Shown one piece after another: positions 40,072-53,375 of a stretch of 64,000 nucleotides of DNA. A model generated the notes under the pieces. That model did not search any database. It saw only the letters and a list, made by a program, of their open reading frames with translations, and had not been told where the DNA came from. Within the stretch, counting starts at the first letter, position 1. Every line of letters begins with the position of its first letter. Both the position numbers and the translations under genes were made by a program. The stretch comes from Convolutriloba macropyga (Eukaryota): assembly GCF_964194025.1 (NCBI RefSeq), contig NC_134472.1, forward strand, positions 28,210,001 to 28,274,000. Reading direction: 5' to 3'.

Positions 40072-42245
40072 ACAAACAAACTGGCCCCCTTTTTTGTCAA
40101 AAATTGATTACAAAAAAGAGCTATTAGGAAAACTAATTGATCCTAATTTCAGTAAATTTTCTAATGACCCACATGATGTAGTCTTTTCTTAAAAAAATCT
40201 GATTATCAAGAAAAGTTTTGGACGGTGACTACCAAAAAAGTTAATGATAGATCTTTTCCAGAACAACAAACAATTTTCTGAGCACAAGTCAATGGAAACA
40301 ATAAATGAATGGTCCAAACTTGAAACATTATCTGTAACAAAATTTATGCCTTCAATGGAACCAATTAAGGAAAAATTTAATGAATTCTTTGAACAAGAAC
40401 AGTTTTTAACTTTTTGCTACAGCATTGTTGTCCAACTGTTGCTCCAATGGTACAAATGTTTATGGGGAAAAATTTACAACAATTTTTTGAGGATAATCAA
40501 ACACCAAGCTAATCTGGCTCTGTGGATTTCAAGTTTTACATCAAATTTAATTAAAAGATTGAAAACACTCAAAAAACAAATTGAGTGGCTTCTAAGCAAA
40601 CTGAATAAATTGAAAAAGCTAGATAAGCTAATCAAACAGTCAAGTAACAATGACTTTTTGAAGAGAGAAAGATTTGTAAGATTATCTGATGTGCAACGGG
40701 AAGACTGCCTTGATACCACCAACAGGGAAATTAAATAACAAGCAGACGTCCGTTGACAAAGAAAAGGCAGAACTATTCAATCGGTATTTCGTTTCAGTAT
40801 TTTGTAAGTGTGAAAAAGTAACAACTACGAAAACTAATGAAAGTTTAAATAAGCTGATATGTAGCGACGATCAAATCAGCAATCTTTTGTGATCTAAATC
40901 CAAACACCAAACCAGATCGAAATGGGAACCTCATTTTAAAGAAATACCACAAAACTTTGTGTAAATCAATGAAAATATTCTTCCAGACATGTATAAAAAA
41001 GCAGTGGTTTCCTACATATTGGAAAATAAGACAGGTAAGGCCAATCTTTAAAGAAGGTAGTAAGGCTGGTGCTACATGTTAATTGGACAAAAAGTCCCCT
41101 TTGCTGTACCTCAAAAGCTTTCAAAAAATCAATTTTTGACAAAATTTACTATTTTTTTGAAATAAAGTTCCACCCAACTCAGTACTGTTTTAGGAAGCGA
41201 CGATCTGCCACACTTCTAATGACAAACAAACGGGCCCTCTATTTTGTCAAAAAAAATTGATTACAAAAAGAGCTATCAGGAAAACTAATTGATCCTAATT
41301 TGAGTAATTTTTCTATTGACAAACATGATTTAGTCCTCTGTAAAAAAATCTGATTATCAAGAAAAGTTATTGATAGTGACTATCAAAAAAAGTTAGTGAT
41401 AGATCTTTTCAAGAACAACAAACAATTTTCCGACCACAAGTCAATGGAAACAAAAATTGAATCGTCCAAAATTGAAACATTGTCTGTAACAAAACCCACC
41501 ATGTATGCCTTCAAAGGATGCAACTAGAAATTAAATGAATTTTTTGAACAAGAACAGTTTTTACTTTTTTGCTACAGCAATGTTGTCCAACTATTGCTCC
41601 AATGGTACAAATGTTTATGGGGAAAAATTGACAAAAACTTTTCGAGGATAATCAAACACCAAGCTAATCTGGCTCTGTGGATTTCAAGTTTTCAATCAGA
41701 TTTAATTAAAAGACTGATACACTCAAAAAACAAATTAATTGGCTTCTAAGCAAATTGAATAAATTGAAAAAGCTAGATAAGCTAATGAAAGAAAAGGCAG
41801 AACTATTCAATCAGTAATTTTTTTCAGTATTTAGCAAGTGTGAATAAGTAACAACTACGAATACTATTGGAAGTTTTAATAAACTGACTTGTAGCAAAGA
41901 TCAAATCAGCAGTTTTTTTTGTGATCTAAATCCAAACACCGGACTGGATCGAAATGGGAACCTCGTTTTAAAGAAATACCACAAAACTTTGTGTAAATCA
42001 ATAAAATTACTCTTCCAGACATGTATAAACAAACAATGGTTTCCTACATATTGGAAAATCAGCCAGGTAACGCCAATCTTTAAATAAGATAGTAAAGCTG
42101 TTGTTACATTTTAATCGGACAAAAGGTCCTCTTTGCTGTAGCTCAAAAGCTTTCGAAAAACTAATTTTTGACAAAATTTACTTTTTTTTGAAAAAAAGTT
42201 GCACCCAAGTCAGCACGGTTTTAGGAAGCGACGATCTGCAACATT
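40072..42245 (+). repeat. Internal ~1.15 kb tandem duplication within ORF2 of the old LINE
   Basis: ACAAACAAAC...TTTTGTCAAAAA..TTGATTACAAAA restarts at ~41222; both copies end at AGGAAGCGACGATCTGC. Confidence 0.85.
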
Positions 42246-43128
42246 TCAAATAAAAACTTTCCCCTATCACATTTTTGAATACAACGACCTTGAAGCAACT
42301 AGAGAATTAAATGTTTTGTACCTTGATTTCGATTATTTTGACACTGTTTTGCATATCGTCTTAATTTAAAAATTGAAATTTCTAGGAATCGGTGGAAGAA
42401 TATGGGGACTAAAAAAGTCTTATCCATCAAACAGAAAGCAAATTTTTCAAAAAAATGGCCAAAAATCTTCCCTCAAAAAAGTCACAATCAGTGTACCCCA
42501 AGGTTCAATTCTAGGGGCCACTTCAATTTCTCCTGCTGTTCATCAATGACCTGCCCAATTTTATTCAAGAAGTAGAAAGCTGCGGTTACTCTGATGACTT
42601 TAGCGCGCATTATCGAGTGCTAAGTGATAGCGCGCATCCAAATTGATATGAATAAGGCAACAAAAGTTATTCAGAAAGGGCTTGAGTCTAAAAAAAAGAA
42701 ATTAAATTCAGAGAAATCTCATATATTTAACATAAAAGGGAGCATCAACGCGAAGGCAAAAAGGGGTAGAAATATCTTGAATCATTCAAGTCTCAACGTG
42801 ATTTGGGACTCATTATACAGCAAAAATTAAATTGAAATGAAACTAGCCTCATTAGTCCTATGAGCGCACTGTCGAATAAAACGTAATTTTGGAACCTCAT
42901 GTGTTTGGAAAGTGAAACTAAATGCGTACACTGGACATGCTGTACGTCTCGGCCTCTCAAACGTAGCTACAATGTAGAAGTAATATCCACGAATTTGAAA
43001 AAAAAACAACACAATGCAACAAAATGGACACATAAATCAAACCAGAGCCACCGGGATCACTTAGTGACCTTAAAATCTATGTAGAAATGCATTGTCTTTT
43101 ATTTCTATTATGCCTTATTCGAGGGGAT

Positions 43129-43175
<47 letters not shown>

Positions 43176-43233
43176 AAAGACTCAATTCCAAAACAGGAGT
43201 GAGGAGATCATTTAGTCCAGGCATCAGGAGAAA

Positions 43234-46075
43234 TTAAGAGCGACAATTTTTACAAAAACATTTTACAAAATAAGAACAAGAGATATCAATGTTAAAATGA
43301 GTAAGTTTTTAAACTAGAAAAATATGTAATTTAGTACGAAATATGCCCAGCGGCATATCGAATTTAATAACATTTAGCTTTAGCAGTTCATTTGCACATC
43401 TGGTGGCCCTGACAAAAAAGTTATCTTCGGAGCAGAACTTCTGCGTTTTAGGCACGCTAAACAATCCAAGAGTCGATGACCTTGTGTTGAAAGAACTACT
43501 TTGTGTTTCACTCTCCACCTCGGCTTGTTTATTGATCATTTTCCAAAGCAGGACCATGTCCGACTCAATCTTCTGGTAGCAAACTGGTAAGAAAGAAAAT
43601 CTTTGAAGTTTAGAAACATAATCGCGATCAGAATTAATCCATCTGAAAACTCTTGATTGAAATTTCTCCAGCTTGCGCATATAGGTTATGGAAGGCTGCC
43701 ATACAGAACAACCATAAAGAAAGATGGAGAGGACGAGGCTTTGATACAATAAAAGTTTCCTCCTTGCTGATATCGTGAAAGGCACGTTTCTCTTTATGAA
43801 ATAGAAAATCTTTTTGCATTTAGCTAATTTTGTATCAATATGACGTTGCCAGCTCAAATTAATCGATATGGTGAAGCCAAGGTCTTCAATATAGTCAATA
43901 TAATCCAGTTCTGTCTCGCCAAGTTTTAATACTTGCGAACGGTCAAAATTGAAAGATAAAATTTTACATTTGGACGGATGAAAATTCAAGCCATTTGAAA
44001 CTGACCACTGCTGTAAGGCGTTAAGGTCCTGTTGTATAAGTTGTAACTCGCAGCATGTGAAAATTTTCAAATCATCAGCGTACAGAAATTACGGTCCGTG
44101 TGAGATTACATTTGGCATATCATTGATAAATAACAGAAAAAGAAGTGGTCCGATGACACTGCCTTGTAGTACACCAGATGTCACATTACAGAAAGAAGAG
44201 AAAGTTTCATTCACTTTGACGCACTGTAAGCGATCAGAAAGATAAGACTCAAAAAGTAACAAAAAACCAGGACAGAAGCCAAGAACTTGATGTTTAGATA
44301 GCAATAAGTGATGAGGAACAGTGTCAAAGGCCTTCCTGATGTCAAAATAAACTAAAAGTGCAAGAGAGCTTATGTCTTAAGATTCATAAACAATATCTAA
44401 GTAATCAATTATTTGAGTTACAGTGCTCCTTAATTTCATGAATCCGTGTTGATGTTTGCAAATTAAAAACTTCACCTTTGGATAAATAAAATCAAACAAA
44501 ATACGTTCGAATACCAACGAAAGTTTACATAAAATACTTATTGGACGATAGTTCTCAACCAAGTTCAGTGGTCCCGTTTTATGTAAGGGCGTAATATACG
44601 ATACCTTCCACAACGAAGGCCAGGTGCAATTTCTGGTAACCCAGTAAAAGAGTTGTTGAACTGCTGGAGATAAAATAGTTGCACACTAACGGAGAACGAA
44701 TGAGGGAATATTATCAGCACCCATAGAGCTCGAATAATCACAGCGCAATAATAAGGTTCTTATCTCCGTTTCTGAAACCGTTACGTTGTCTATACACAAC
44801 TCTGGCAAAAATTCATAAGATGCTGGCACGTCGTATTTAATTTTGGGAGAAAAATCGGAAGCAAAGAACGTATTAAAACCATTTGCGATCTCGGAGCTAG
44901 AGGACAGAGAAACTCCGCTATAGGACATAACAGAAGGTAAAGACTTACTGAAGCCAAGTGTTCTCAGCAGCCTAAAACAGTGAGAAGAACATGATAGGTT
45001 GAATTTTTCAATGAAAGTTTGCTTGTCCAATTCAATCGACTCCTTAAGTGATTTATCAAGTTCTCTTTGTTTTAGTGAGAGCAGAAGTGTCCAGTCTTTT
45101 GTAGGCTTACGGAGGTTAGTCTCTTTCTGATTCAGAAGATGCATTGTATGCGAGCTGAAAAATATTGGCGCATTACGTCGCTTAGCTCTTTTCATCTTAA
45201 CACTTTGACTAAAACTTTCATGCAGATAAAAATACCAGTGCTCAGGATAGTCCAAAGTCTTGATATCGTTGAAACTTAAAAACTTGAACAAGTCAGAAAG
45301 ATAAAAGTTGAAAGCTTGCTCATTGAATGACGAGCGTGAAAAACCTGATTTAAATTTAGCATCAATCAGATCGAAGTTACAAGAAAAGAAGATCGGGTAA
45401 TGATCGGAAAAAAGTTTGGTTCCAATAGTAACAGGTAATTGATCCACATTAGACAAGATAAGATCCAACGTGTTGTGACCTTTGTGTGTGGGACCGCTAA
45501 CAAATTGATTCAAATTAAGTTCGTCAAGTAAATCTAAAAATTCAACTTCCTGAGAATTAATCGATGTAAGTGTTTCCCAATTGATACCGGGAAGATTAAA
45601 ATCACCGAGCACATAAATATTAACTGTTGTTGTAGGCGAATAGTTGCTGACTAAACATTTGATTTTCGCAAGGTATTCATTTAGGCAATCAGTGAGCAAT
45701 TCGATGTTGAAGTGAAATGGAGATCCGACTGGGGGTTTGTATATCAATATGAAAAACGACGGTATGCTATCTAGAAGACCACACGCAACAGAGAAAGGAT
45801 ATTGTGGTAATTTAAAATCAATTATTTGTGTTTGGATGGAATTAGAAGCAGCAATGAGAACACCTCCGTGTTCCCATTTGCTGCGATCGGAACGTGCCAC
45901 AACATTGAAATTAGATCCGAGTAATATTTCTGAATCAGAAATGCTTTCAGAGAGCCATGTTTCAGTTAAAAATATTAACGAAATTGATGCTGTTGTCATT
46001 ATTCTAACCAATTCTTGACGTTTATCCAAGCTGCAAATTGATTGACAATTGCGAAGCAAGCAGTTGGCTTCTGTT
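43234..46075 (-). pseudogene. LINE ORF2 (APE endonuclease + reverse transcriptase) with four in-frame stops
   Basis: LTETWL, GDFNLP, TLDLIL, SDHYP; NYRPISIL, QHGF, DIRKAFD, QGSVIGP, YADDLK. ORF pieces 44686, 44377, 44089 and 43309 share one frame and read on to KCFCKNCRS* at 43234. Confidence 0.92.
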
Positions 46076-46077
46076 AG

Positions 46078-46959
46078 TCAATCACTGCTCATTTCGACTT
46101 CACGCCCTTGATAAAGAAGTTTTAAATTCTTTATCCGAAAGTCTTCTTTATTTTTTCCTTCCCGATGAATCATATGGAAGCGTTTCCCGAGGACATCTTT
46201 CTCCTTCTGTCTTTCACTGGATGTCAGAAACTTCTTTATGTATACAGGTTTTACAAAATTTTGCAGGTAGTGACTTCTAGCAAAGCAATTCTGAAGGAAA
46301 AGGGGATTGGAGGTTGTTATAAGTATAGGACGGCAGTTTTGCTTTTGTTTGTTCAGGGGATTGACTTTTTTGCCAAGTCGTCTAACACCTGTTACATTGC
46401 CGTCGCAAGCTAACCCAATATGCGATATTATGTTTTTGACTTCCATCGAGTCCTTCTCGATTTGCTTCAAGTACGAGTCTTCAGATTCAGTAACACCATT
46501 TATAATAAACTGCAGATCAGGATTTTTGTACTGAGCGTTTGAGCGACCTGAACTAATGTCAGCGTAGGATGGTAAGGTGTCATTAACAGCTTTCTTGACG
46601 TCATCGTACAAATGACTAGTAACAGACTCTTTAACAGCTTTAGGAACTAGTTCTGCAATTGATGATGTAAACTTGTTACTTAAAGAATCAAATAAGCCAT
46701 TCAACTTAGCTTCGGTTTTTGAAGAAGTGAAGATGTTGTCATTCTGCTCGACACACGAATCACAAAGCCACACACAGTTGCGTTTAGCTCCAAGCCATTT
46801 AACTTCCTCCTCGGAGAGGTGAGCACAGGTACCGTGAAACCAAAGTTGACAACTTTCGCACCCAATCGCAGAACCGTCATCCTCTTCGACTCCTTTCTTG
46901 CATTGGCCGCATTTGACTGATGTCTTAGTAGAGTTAACTCTTTGATTCCTTGATGCCAT
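46078..46959 (-). CDS. LINE ORF1p, N-terminal PHD finger, 293 aa
   Basis: CGQC...IGCESCQLWFHGTC...VWLCDSC (C4HC3); IINGVTES, VRRLGK, RPILI and VYIKKFLT motifs of CR1 ORF1. Confidence 0.9.
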   Translation of the reverse strand: MASRNQRVNSTKTSVKCGQCKKGVEEDDGSAIGCESCQLWFHGTCAHLSEEEVKWLGAKRNCVWLCDSCVEQNDNIFTSSKTEAKLNGLFDSLSNKFTSSIAELVPKAVKESVTSHLYDDVKKAVNDTLPSYADISSGRSNAQYKNPDLQFIINGVTESEDSYLKQIEKDSMEVKNIISHIGLACDGNVTGVRRLGKKVNPLNKQKQNCRPILITTSNPLFLQNCFARSHYLQNFVKPVYIKKFLTSSERQKEKDVLGKRFHMIHREGKNKEDFRIKNLKLLYQGREVEMSSD

Positions 46960-47160
46960 TGTTCAAGCATACATTAATATGAAACTATTTAAGATATTAA
47001 CTATGTATACTATGTAGATATTAACGATATTTACTATGTAGATATTTACTATGTAGATATTAACGATATTGAAGAAGCAGTGGAAACAACACGTCAGATT
47101 GAACGGGGTTAATAACGAATCACAAAAGCGAGAATCAACAAAAGTATCGATAACTTATAA

Positions 47161-47414
47161 TAAGAACGAAATTGCTTTTCAGCTACGTTTCTTGGGTTGC
47201 GAATGATTATGGAAAGACCCTATACAAAATAACTCTACAGAAAATATGCTGGAATTTTTCCACAAATCTTAATGTGGAGGAGAACAAATGCACATTGAGA
47301 GGGATTTGCCCATGTGGAAACTGCAACATTCTAAACCAAATAAAACTGATCTGAACTGTAAACTGGGTAGAAACCCAAGAGTTTTCTCTAAATCCTGACC
47401 AACTACTACTACTA
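47161..47414 (+). mobile_element. Resumed 3' end of the old plus-strand LINE with (CTA)n tail
   Basis: RTKLLFSYV...NKCTLRGICPCGNCN..*, then CTACTACTACTA at 47403-47414. Confidence 0.75.
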
Positions 47415-47639
47415 GGCGGCTCTGCGATGACTCTTTCTAAAACTTATACTTTTTTGCTTGGAACTTCCACGGTTTTTCTTACTGGATCTGAGATTGTGCT
47501 CAAAGAACACACAGTTTTCTCCTCGACTATTAGTAATCTATCATTCACACATTATTGAACCATACTAGTCCTGCGTTTGTTTCCTCCTACCTAAAACCAC
47601 TTTTGCTCCCATCTTTCAAATCGAAAATATATCAAAAAT

Positions 47640-47830
47640 AGTACATGTATGACGGCAGTGCGTTAGGCGCTTTGAAGAAACAACTGCAGTTCTTCGAGGA
47701 TTTATTCGATGACAGTAAGCGTTTTGGGTGACTGATGAATATCACAGAATTGATAATTCCAGAGCACATGAAAGTTTCAGAATAGCGGAGGTTTTTAATT
47801 TAGCCGTAGGGGAGTGAAGAATTAATTCTT
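47640..47830 (+). mobile_element. CRE-clade RT fragment (left of nested insertion)
   Basis: DGSALGALKKQLQFFEDLFDDSKRFG*LMN resembles the CRE post-YADD segment (DDGSAxG...GP.FGY..N). Confidence 0.55.
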
Positions 47831-47833
47831 CTT

Positions 47834-49680
47834 TATAAACCGCGAGACCTGGCTGCTGCAACCGGTTTATCCCAAAATGACCGGACATCAAGAGTGGCAG
47901 GTTTCCTTGGGCATCTGAAAAGATGTTCTGTGTTATCACGCGAGGAACCGCAGCCCGGGCAGGCATCGCTAGTGTCGTCTTTGACTCTGCTGATTTCGCT
48001 TCTCAGGTGCCTGGAGTACCCCTAAGTAGCTGTGCCAACGTCGATTTCGTTCCTCTGGGTAGGTTCGCTTCTTCTGTTGAGACCTCTGTTGGCGCGGCTG
48101 ACAGGACTTTTTTCGGCAGATACTCTTCGATTGTGCTTCTGACTGATCTGGTTTTAGAACTGATCAGCCCTCTTTTTTTTAAACCATTTCTTGTCATCTA
48201 CGTTAACAAGTTCTGTCACTTGTTTGGCAAAGCACATCTTGAGCAGGTTCCTGTTTCTGATACATCGTGTTGTTCGGGCGTTCTTTCTTGTATGGCTTTG
48301 GAAGAAAAGGCTGCGAGAGTAAATTGTTATGATTTTTAACCGGGATGATTTTGGTTTCCCTGTGTAATTCGTCCTGATGACTCATCTACACATGGCCGGT
48401 TATGGTCCTGAGGCCCAAACTTTGGCTTGCTTGAAATTTTATCCGGTTTGTATCTGTCAGTTCTGGCGTCCATACTCGGGCCACGTAACTTAAGACTGGA
48501 CGTCAGATTCCTTTGTGCGTGGTGGTTAGCAGTTATTTGTCTTTTCCCTACGTTGAGCCAGTCAGTGCTGGTAGCTTTTTATTCTTCTCACGCAGGTTCT
48601 GTTGAATCCTCGTGACATGATCCTTGAATATGTGCATTGAATCAAATGTCACGCCAAGAATCTTTGGGTTTTTCTTGGTTGATACTTTGGCTCCTTCTAT
48701 TGTGACGTGCATTTCCATAGCGACTTCTTTTGTGCTTGTGGTGAAGAGTGTCGGCGACGACTTCCCCGTTGAGAGTTCCAAACTATTCTCCTGAAACCAA
48801 TTCTGTAGCTGCTGCAAGTAGTTTTTGAGATAGCAGCATATCGTGAGTACGTCGGGTCCAGAAGCATATACCGTGCAATCGTCAGCATATGTAATGTTTA
48901 TTTGTACTGGCGGGGTTGGGAGACGTGGCATGTAAGCATTAAACAGAATTGGTGAGAGCACTCCTTTCTGCGGCACACCTGATCTAACTTTTCTGTAGTT
49001 AAAAGCGTTGCGGAATTCTGTGTATGTCTGTCTGCCTTTGAGATACGCACAAAGCCATCGTTTTTTCATTGGAGATTGGGTTAACTGGCATATCTTCTCA
49101 AGGATGGTGTTGGTGTTCACTGTGTTGAATGCGGCCCGCATGTCCAACGCAACCAACATAGTGCGGTGTGGAGGCTTATCTTTGATTAGTCCATCAATTA
49201 TATGATTATCGATCGCCATATGCATGATGGTCGTTGATCTGTGTTTGTTGGTGATCGGCAATGGTGAGGTTTTTCTGGAGGTCCGGAAGAAGATATGCCT
49301 CTAGCGTTTTTAGCATTGGTTACAATACTGATACTGGGCAATAGCTCTTAGCAGGTTTGGCCCGGTTTTAGCAGTGGGATCATCCTTCCCGTCTTCCATA
49401 TGCTAGGAACTATTCCAGTTTCTAGAATGAGACTGAAGATTCCAGCTATGTGTTAGGGTGCATTGCTTCCCAGTTTCTTCAGCATGATGGGTGAAAGTTT
49501 ATCGGCTCAAATTCTTTCGACGGCCCAGTTCCCTTCAGGATAAGTTCAATTTCATTGATGGTTATCTGATGCTTCGTTTGGCTCAACGTTTCAGCTTCCG
49601 TAAGATTGTGTACTGCTTGTCATTTTGCGTAGTCCACATACATTGGACATGCAGCGGATGTCAATATTGTAGAAGATTAT
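47834..49680 (-). mobile_element. 5'-truncated I/Jockey-group LINE (RT + C-terminal CCHC), decayed
   Basis: ORF 48548-49261 has KPPHRTMLVALD, GVPQKGVLSP, YADD and ILGVTFD; then EEANLPRGTKSTLAQL and CPGCGSSRDNTEHLFRCP. Confidence 0.85.
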
Positions 49681-49684
49681 TATG

Positions 49685-50810
49685 TTTCAGGATCGATCCG
49701 TGGAACTAAAGGGTCTCGTGCATCCTTACTAGCAAAAATATTGTGAACAATTTATATCTGTTTAAAAACCTATGCACTAAGAAAAATTGCCTAAACATTG
49801 TCGCAAAATGACACTGAATTGTCACGAGATTTGTACAAAAAACTTGAGTTTAGTGCTTGCATTACCCTTAACACTAACAAAGTTTTCTGAGACGCAGAGA
49901 CAAGTATTGAAAAACTTTTGCTATGATCGTTCTTGACTGGCTGTCGCGCAATTGTATTCACTCCTCCTGAATCGGGAGGTAGGACTCAACGTCAGGGTGC
50001 CAATGGAATGCAACGCCGCATCACTCGCCGCAGTCGAGCAATTTGGAAATTAAGATTTCACGCATATCCAACTCATACAAGAAAGGAATTACCAAAACGA
50101 ACGCAACGCGCAAATTAAGAGGTTGGTAGAAGAAAAGAGCTCTTCCGTACCTTTCCAGAGGACAAACGCCACAATGGCGGATTGGCAGGAGAAGAAGGAG
50201 TTTCGAAGTAGCTAACTAACTTTTCACAATGATAAAATCGGAATTTGTGATGTTTGTGAATTTGGTACAATTTTTAAGCCAGCAAAATCTATCGACTGAT
50301 CGGTGAAAAATTCTAACGCAAGCTCTCCACTTTGAAAAGGGGGTTATAGCTACATGTGGCACATCCAAATTCGAGACTTGTTCTCGAAGACGTCCAATTT
50401 TAGCCGGCATTTCAGATAATAGAAGGCAAAGTCTTTGACTAGAAAGCTACTAGCACTGATGATAACGCTCGATTTGACATCCAAGAATAATGCTCGTGGG
50501 GTCTAGATTCAGTAGAATGTTCTTCGAGCTGAAAAATTCAATCATGTGGCCACGTTCACAGCCGGAAAGAAGCTGAGGTAGCCTACTAACATCACCTGGC
50601 TTCGAGATCCTAAAATAACAGCTCATTTTTTGGGAAAGTGAATAAAGTAGTACACCCGTACTCTTTTTGGGGTTTTTTCTGCATGGGAAATCGCGCACGC
50701 ATTATAAAAAAGTAGCAAAAAATCTACAACAGATATTCGGACACATTAGCAAGCATTCGAATGAAGATAAGTTGCGGACTCCTTACCCGTTTCTCATATG
50801 CTTCGGACAC
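49685..50810 (+). mobile_element. CRE-clade retrotransposon 3' part (right of nested insertion)
   Basis: GSIRGT, LYSLLLNREVGLNV and ATSTDDNARFDI...GSRFSRMFF, homologous to the 25.1-26.0 kb CRE fragment. Confidence 0.7.
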
Positions 50811-50949
50811 TACTGAGGTTCATAGTACCTGTAGTGTTCTGTGGGAAAGAATGATAGACATCTAATTAGTAGTAATAATTTAACGCTTCTTTTACTATCA
50901 TATTCGTGTAAGTTTAAAAAGCAGTGCGTTTTTGCGGTAAGATTAAATA

Positions 50950-52160
50950 CGCTGCTGTGGGACCCTCAATCAGAGATTATTGCTTTCTACAGACTTCTCC
51001 AAAGCTTTTGACAAAGTACCACGTTATGAGTTAATTCAAAAATTGATTGACATTGGAGCTGGAGGATGTTTGCTCGAAATTTTAATCGACTACTTGATTG
51101 ATCGACGACAATATGTGCGTGTGGACAATACCAGTTCGAAGATACTCGATATAACAAGCGGGGTACCACAGGGGTCACTCCTAGGCCCTATACTGTTCTG
51201 TATATTTATTAACGATCTTCCAGATGTCCTGATGTTTTCTGAGCCCTTTATCTTCGCTGATGATCTTAAAATTTTGGCTGTACAAAGAAGCTACTGGGAA
51301 GTCCAAGATGATCTACATGGGATTGAGAACTGGATAATCCAAAATAAAATGGAGCTGGCAATAGACAAGTGTGCGTATCTGAATTTCAGAGGTAGAAACG
51401 AACAGTACAAATTGATGGGAAAAGATTTGGCGAAATCCACGACTGTCAAAGATCTTGGTATTCATGTTGCGGCTGATGTATCGTGGAAACAACATATTGA
51501 AGAAAGAATGAAGAAAGAAAATAAAGTTCTGTACATGCTTAAGCGAAATGTTGCAACTAAAGTAAACACAATTGTGAAATTGGGATTATATAAGTCCTGA
51601 ATTTTGCCGGTATTGCTGTATGATTTCACGTGCTTGACTGCAGGAAGAACTGAAATTCAAATTCTGGAAAAGTTTCAAAAAAAGGTAGTCAAATGGATAA
51701 CGGGAAATGAAGATACAGAATACAAAAGCCAGCTTCGACTATTAAACATATTGCCATTGCCAATGTTTATCCAACTTAACGATCTATTGCTGGTTTCAAA
51801 AGCTTTGAATGAAGAGAATAGCGGCATCGAGCTACCAGAAGTACATACGAAAGAAACAAGGAACAACGAAATTCAAAATCTCGAACAGAGAAAGCGCGCA
51901 GCGAATTCACCTTTAAAACCTGTCGAATTGCAAACCGCCTAGAAAATTTAATAAACTTAAGGGAACCATCTGGACTGAAAAACCGAATATTACGTACAAT
52001 GTGGAATTTTTTCGAGAAGAAATTTTCTGAGCGAAATATTTGCACTTGGTAATTGTTCTGCGATTGTCAAAACTGTAGAAACTATTGGACATTATTGTAA
52101 TTTGATGACTGGGACTTTAGACCCTTCAGCACAGCTGTAAATCCCCAACAACAACAACAA
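50950..52160 (+). mobile_element. 5'-truncated CR1/L2-group LINE (RT C-terminal half) with (CAA)5 tail
   Basis: DFSKAFDKV, SGVPQGSLLGP, FADDLK, KDLGI, LNILPLP, FCDCQNC; CAACAACAACAACAA at 52146-52160. Confidence 0.92.
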
Positions 52161-53375
52161 AATAGGGGGATCACTCTTCCATAAATTGCGTGGATCATAC
52201 CATCTTTTTTTTATTGAATTTTGGGTTCAAAATTGATAATCTGAGTAAGTTAATGTTTTCAATGAGTGTCTTTTTATTGTGATGAACGATTGGCGATTTG
52301 TTGGGTGAATATTACCAAATAATTTTTTTATTGATTTCAACAGTAATTTTTGCTGAATTGTCAATTAGGCTATGACTTTTGGCGTTGGGGTGAAATGTTT
52401 GTAAGATCCCTTTACGTCTGAAAATGGATACGTATGTATCCTTGAATGTACTATCTTAAATTGAAGACTCCTGCTTAAATTGAGGAGTTCTAAGCTGACA
52501 TCATTGCATGCATAAGAACCAAGATAAGCGTTGATCTATTGCGAAGCTCAGTAATATGCGTCCACGGATCTCGGACGCTCAGGCGAAGCGCGACTGTTGA
52601 CACATCGATTGCAACCATTGTTGAGGAGGGGAGATTGCTAGTCTGGAAGCGCAGTGTTTCTCACCTTTGGTGCTTTTCTTTGTCCCTTCAATCAACCCCT
52701 TTATAAATCTCGAGTGTATTTATCAATTTTCTACATGCTGTTCGTTATAATTTGCATTTGATGCTAATTCGATGTTGACTGATGTCAGAATTTAAAAATG
52801 CATATAGGAGTTGACTTGCCGCCCCCTAGATGTACGGCTACCCTATAAGGGGAGGGGTATTTAATTGACTTTTTTTGAATCTGAAATTGAAAACAAAACT
52901 GAGTAACTGAGTTTCTAAATTTATTGTTGCTTTCACCCAATTTTAATCAATTTCTAGCAACATGGAGGGCTCGGTTGTGGATTAAGTTCTCTAATAATTA
53001 ATTGAATAGTACATTACTTTCCACTTTCAATATCTTGCGCTACGTAATGCGAATGTTCAATGTCGTCAAAACCGTATAATGTTTTCACTACTGTGGTTCG
53101 CCAAAGGCGTCTCCCTTCTTGTTTATTCAAGATTCGATAAAGCGCTGTAACGTCGGAAATTGTTAGTTGAGAACTGATTTTGATTTATAAGAGACATATT
53201 TAATGAATTCAGGTTTGATGATGAATGCGGCCAAGATTAACCTACTTCACAATCGCATTGGAACTCAATCAAAGCGAAGGGATTCCGTTTGATCGTTCTA
53301 TCTACCGAGCTGGAAAGTTTGTCAAGTTGATTTTTGATTAATCATTGTCTTAATGACCGTATAACAGATCGAGAA

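Larger units (their letters stand above)
36910..43128 (+). mobile_element. Old, nearly full-length CR1/L2-group LINE (esterase ORF + PHD ORF1 + APE-RT ORF2), interrupted at 43128
   Basis: APE motifs FNARSL, ITETWL and HGGVLIAV at 39.6-39.85 kb; RT motifs HGFRKRRSA, LYLDF, VPQGSILG and YSDDF at 42.2-42.6 kb; heavily disabled. Confidence 0.8.
43129..47160 (-). mobile_element. Full-length, relatively young CR1/L2-group LINE with (CTA)n tail
   Basis: Intact PHD ORF1, frameshift-free APE-RT ORF2, and (TAG)15 on the + strand at 43129-43175 as the 3' tail. Confidence 0.92.

Noticed and set aside
43309-44688. In-frame TAA/TAG stops in a frameshift-free ORF2 suggesting an alternative genetic code
   Set aside because: The stops do not correspond to one consistent residue and ORF1 terminates normally; ordinary decay is sufficient.
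45737-46970. Antisense and alternate-frame ORFs over the LINE (also 53756-54103 and 47923-48339)
   Set aside because: Shadow ORFs of real coding strands with no motifs.
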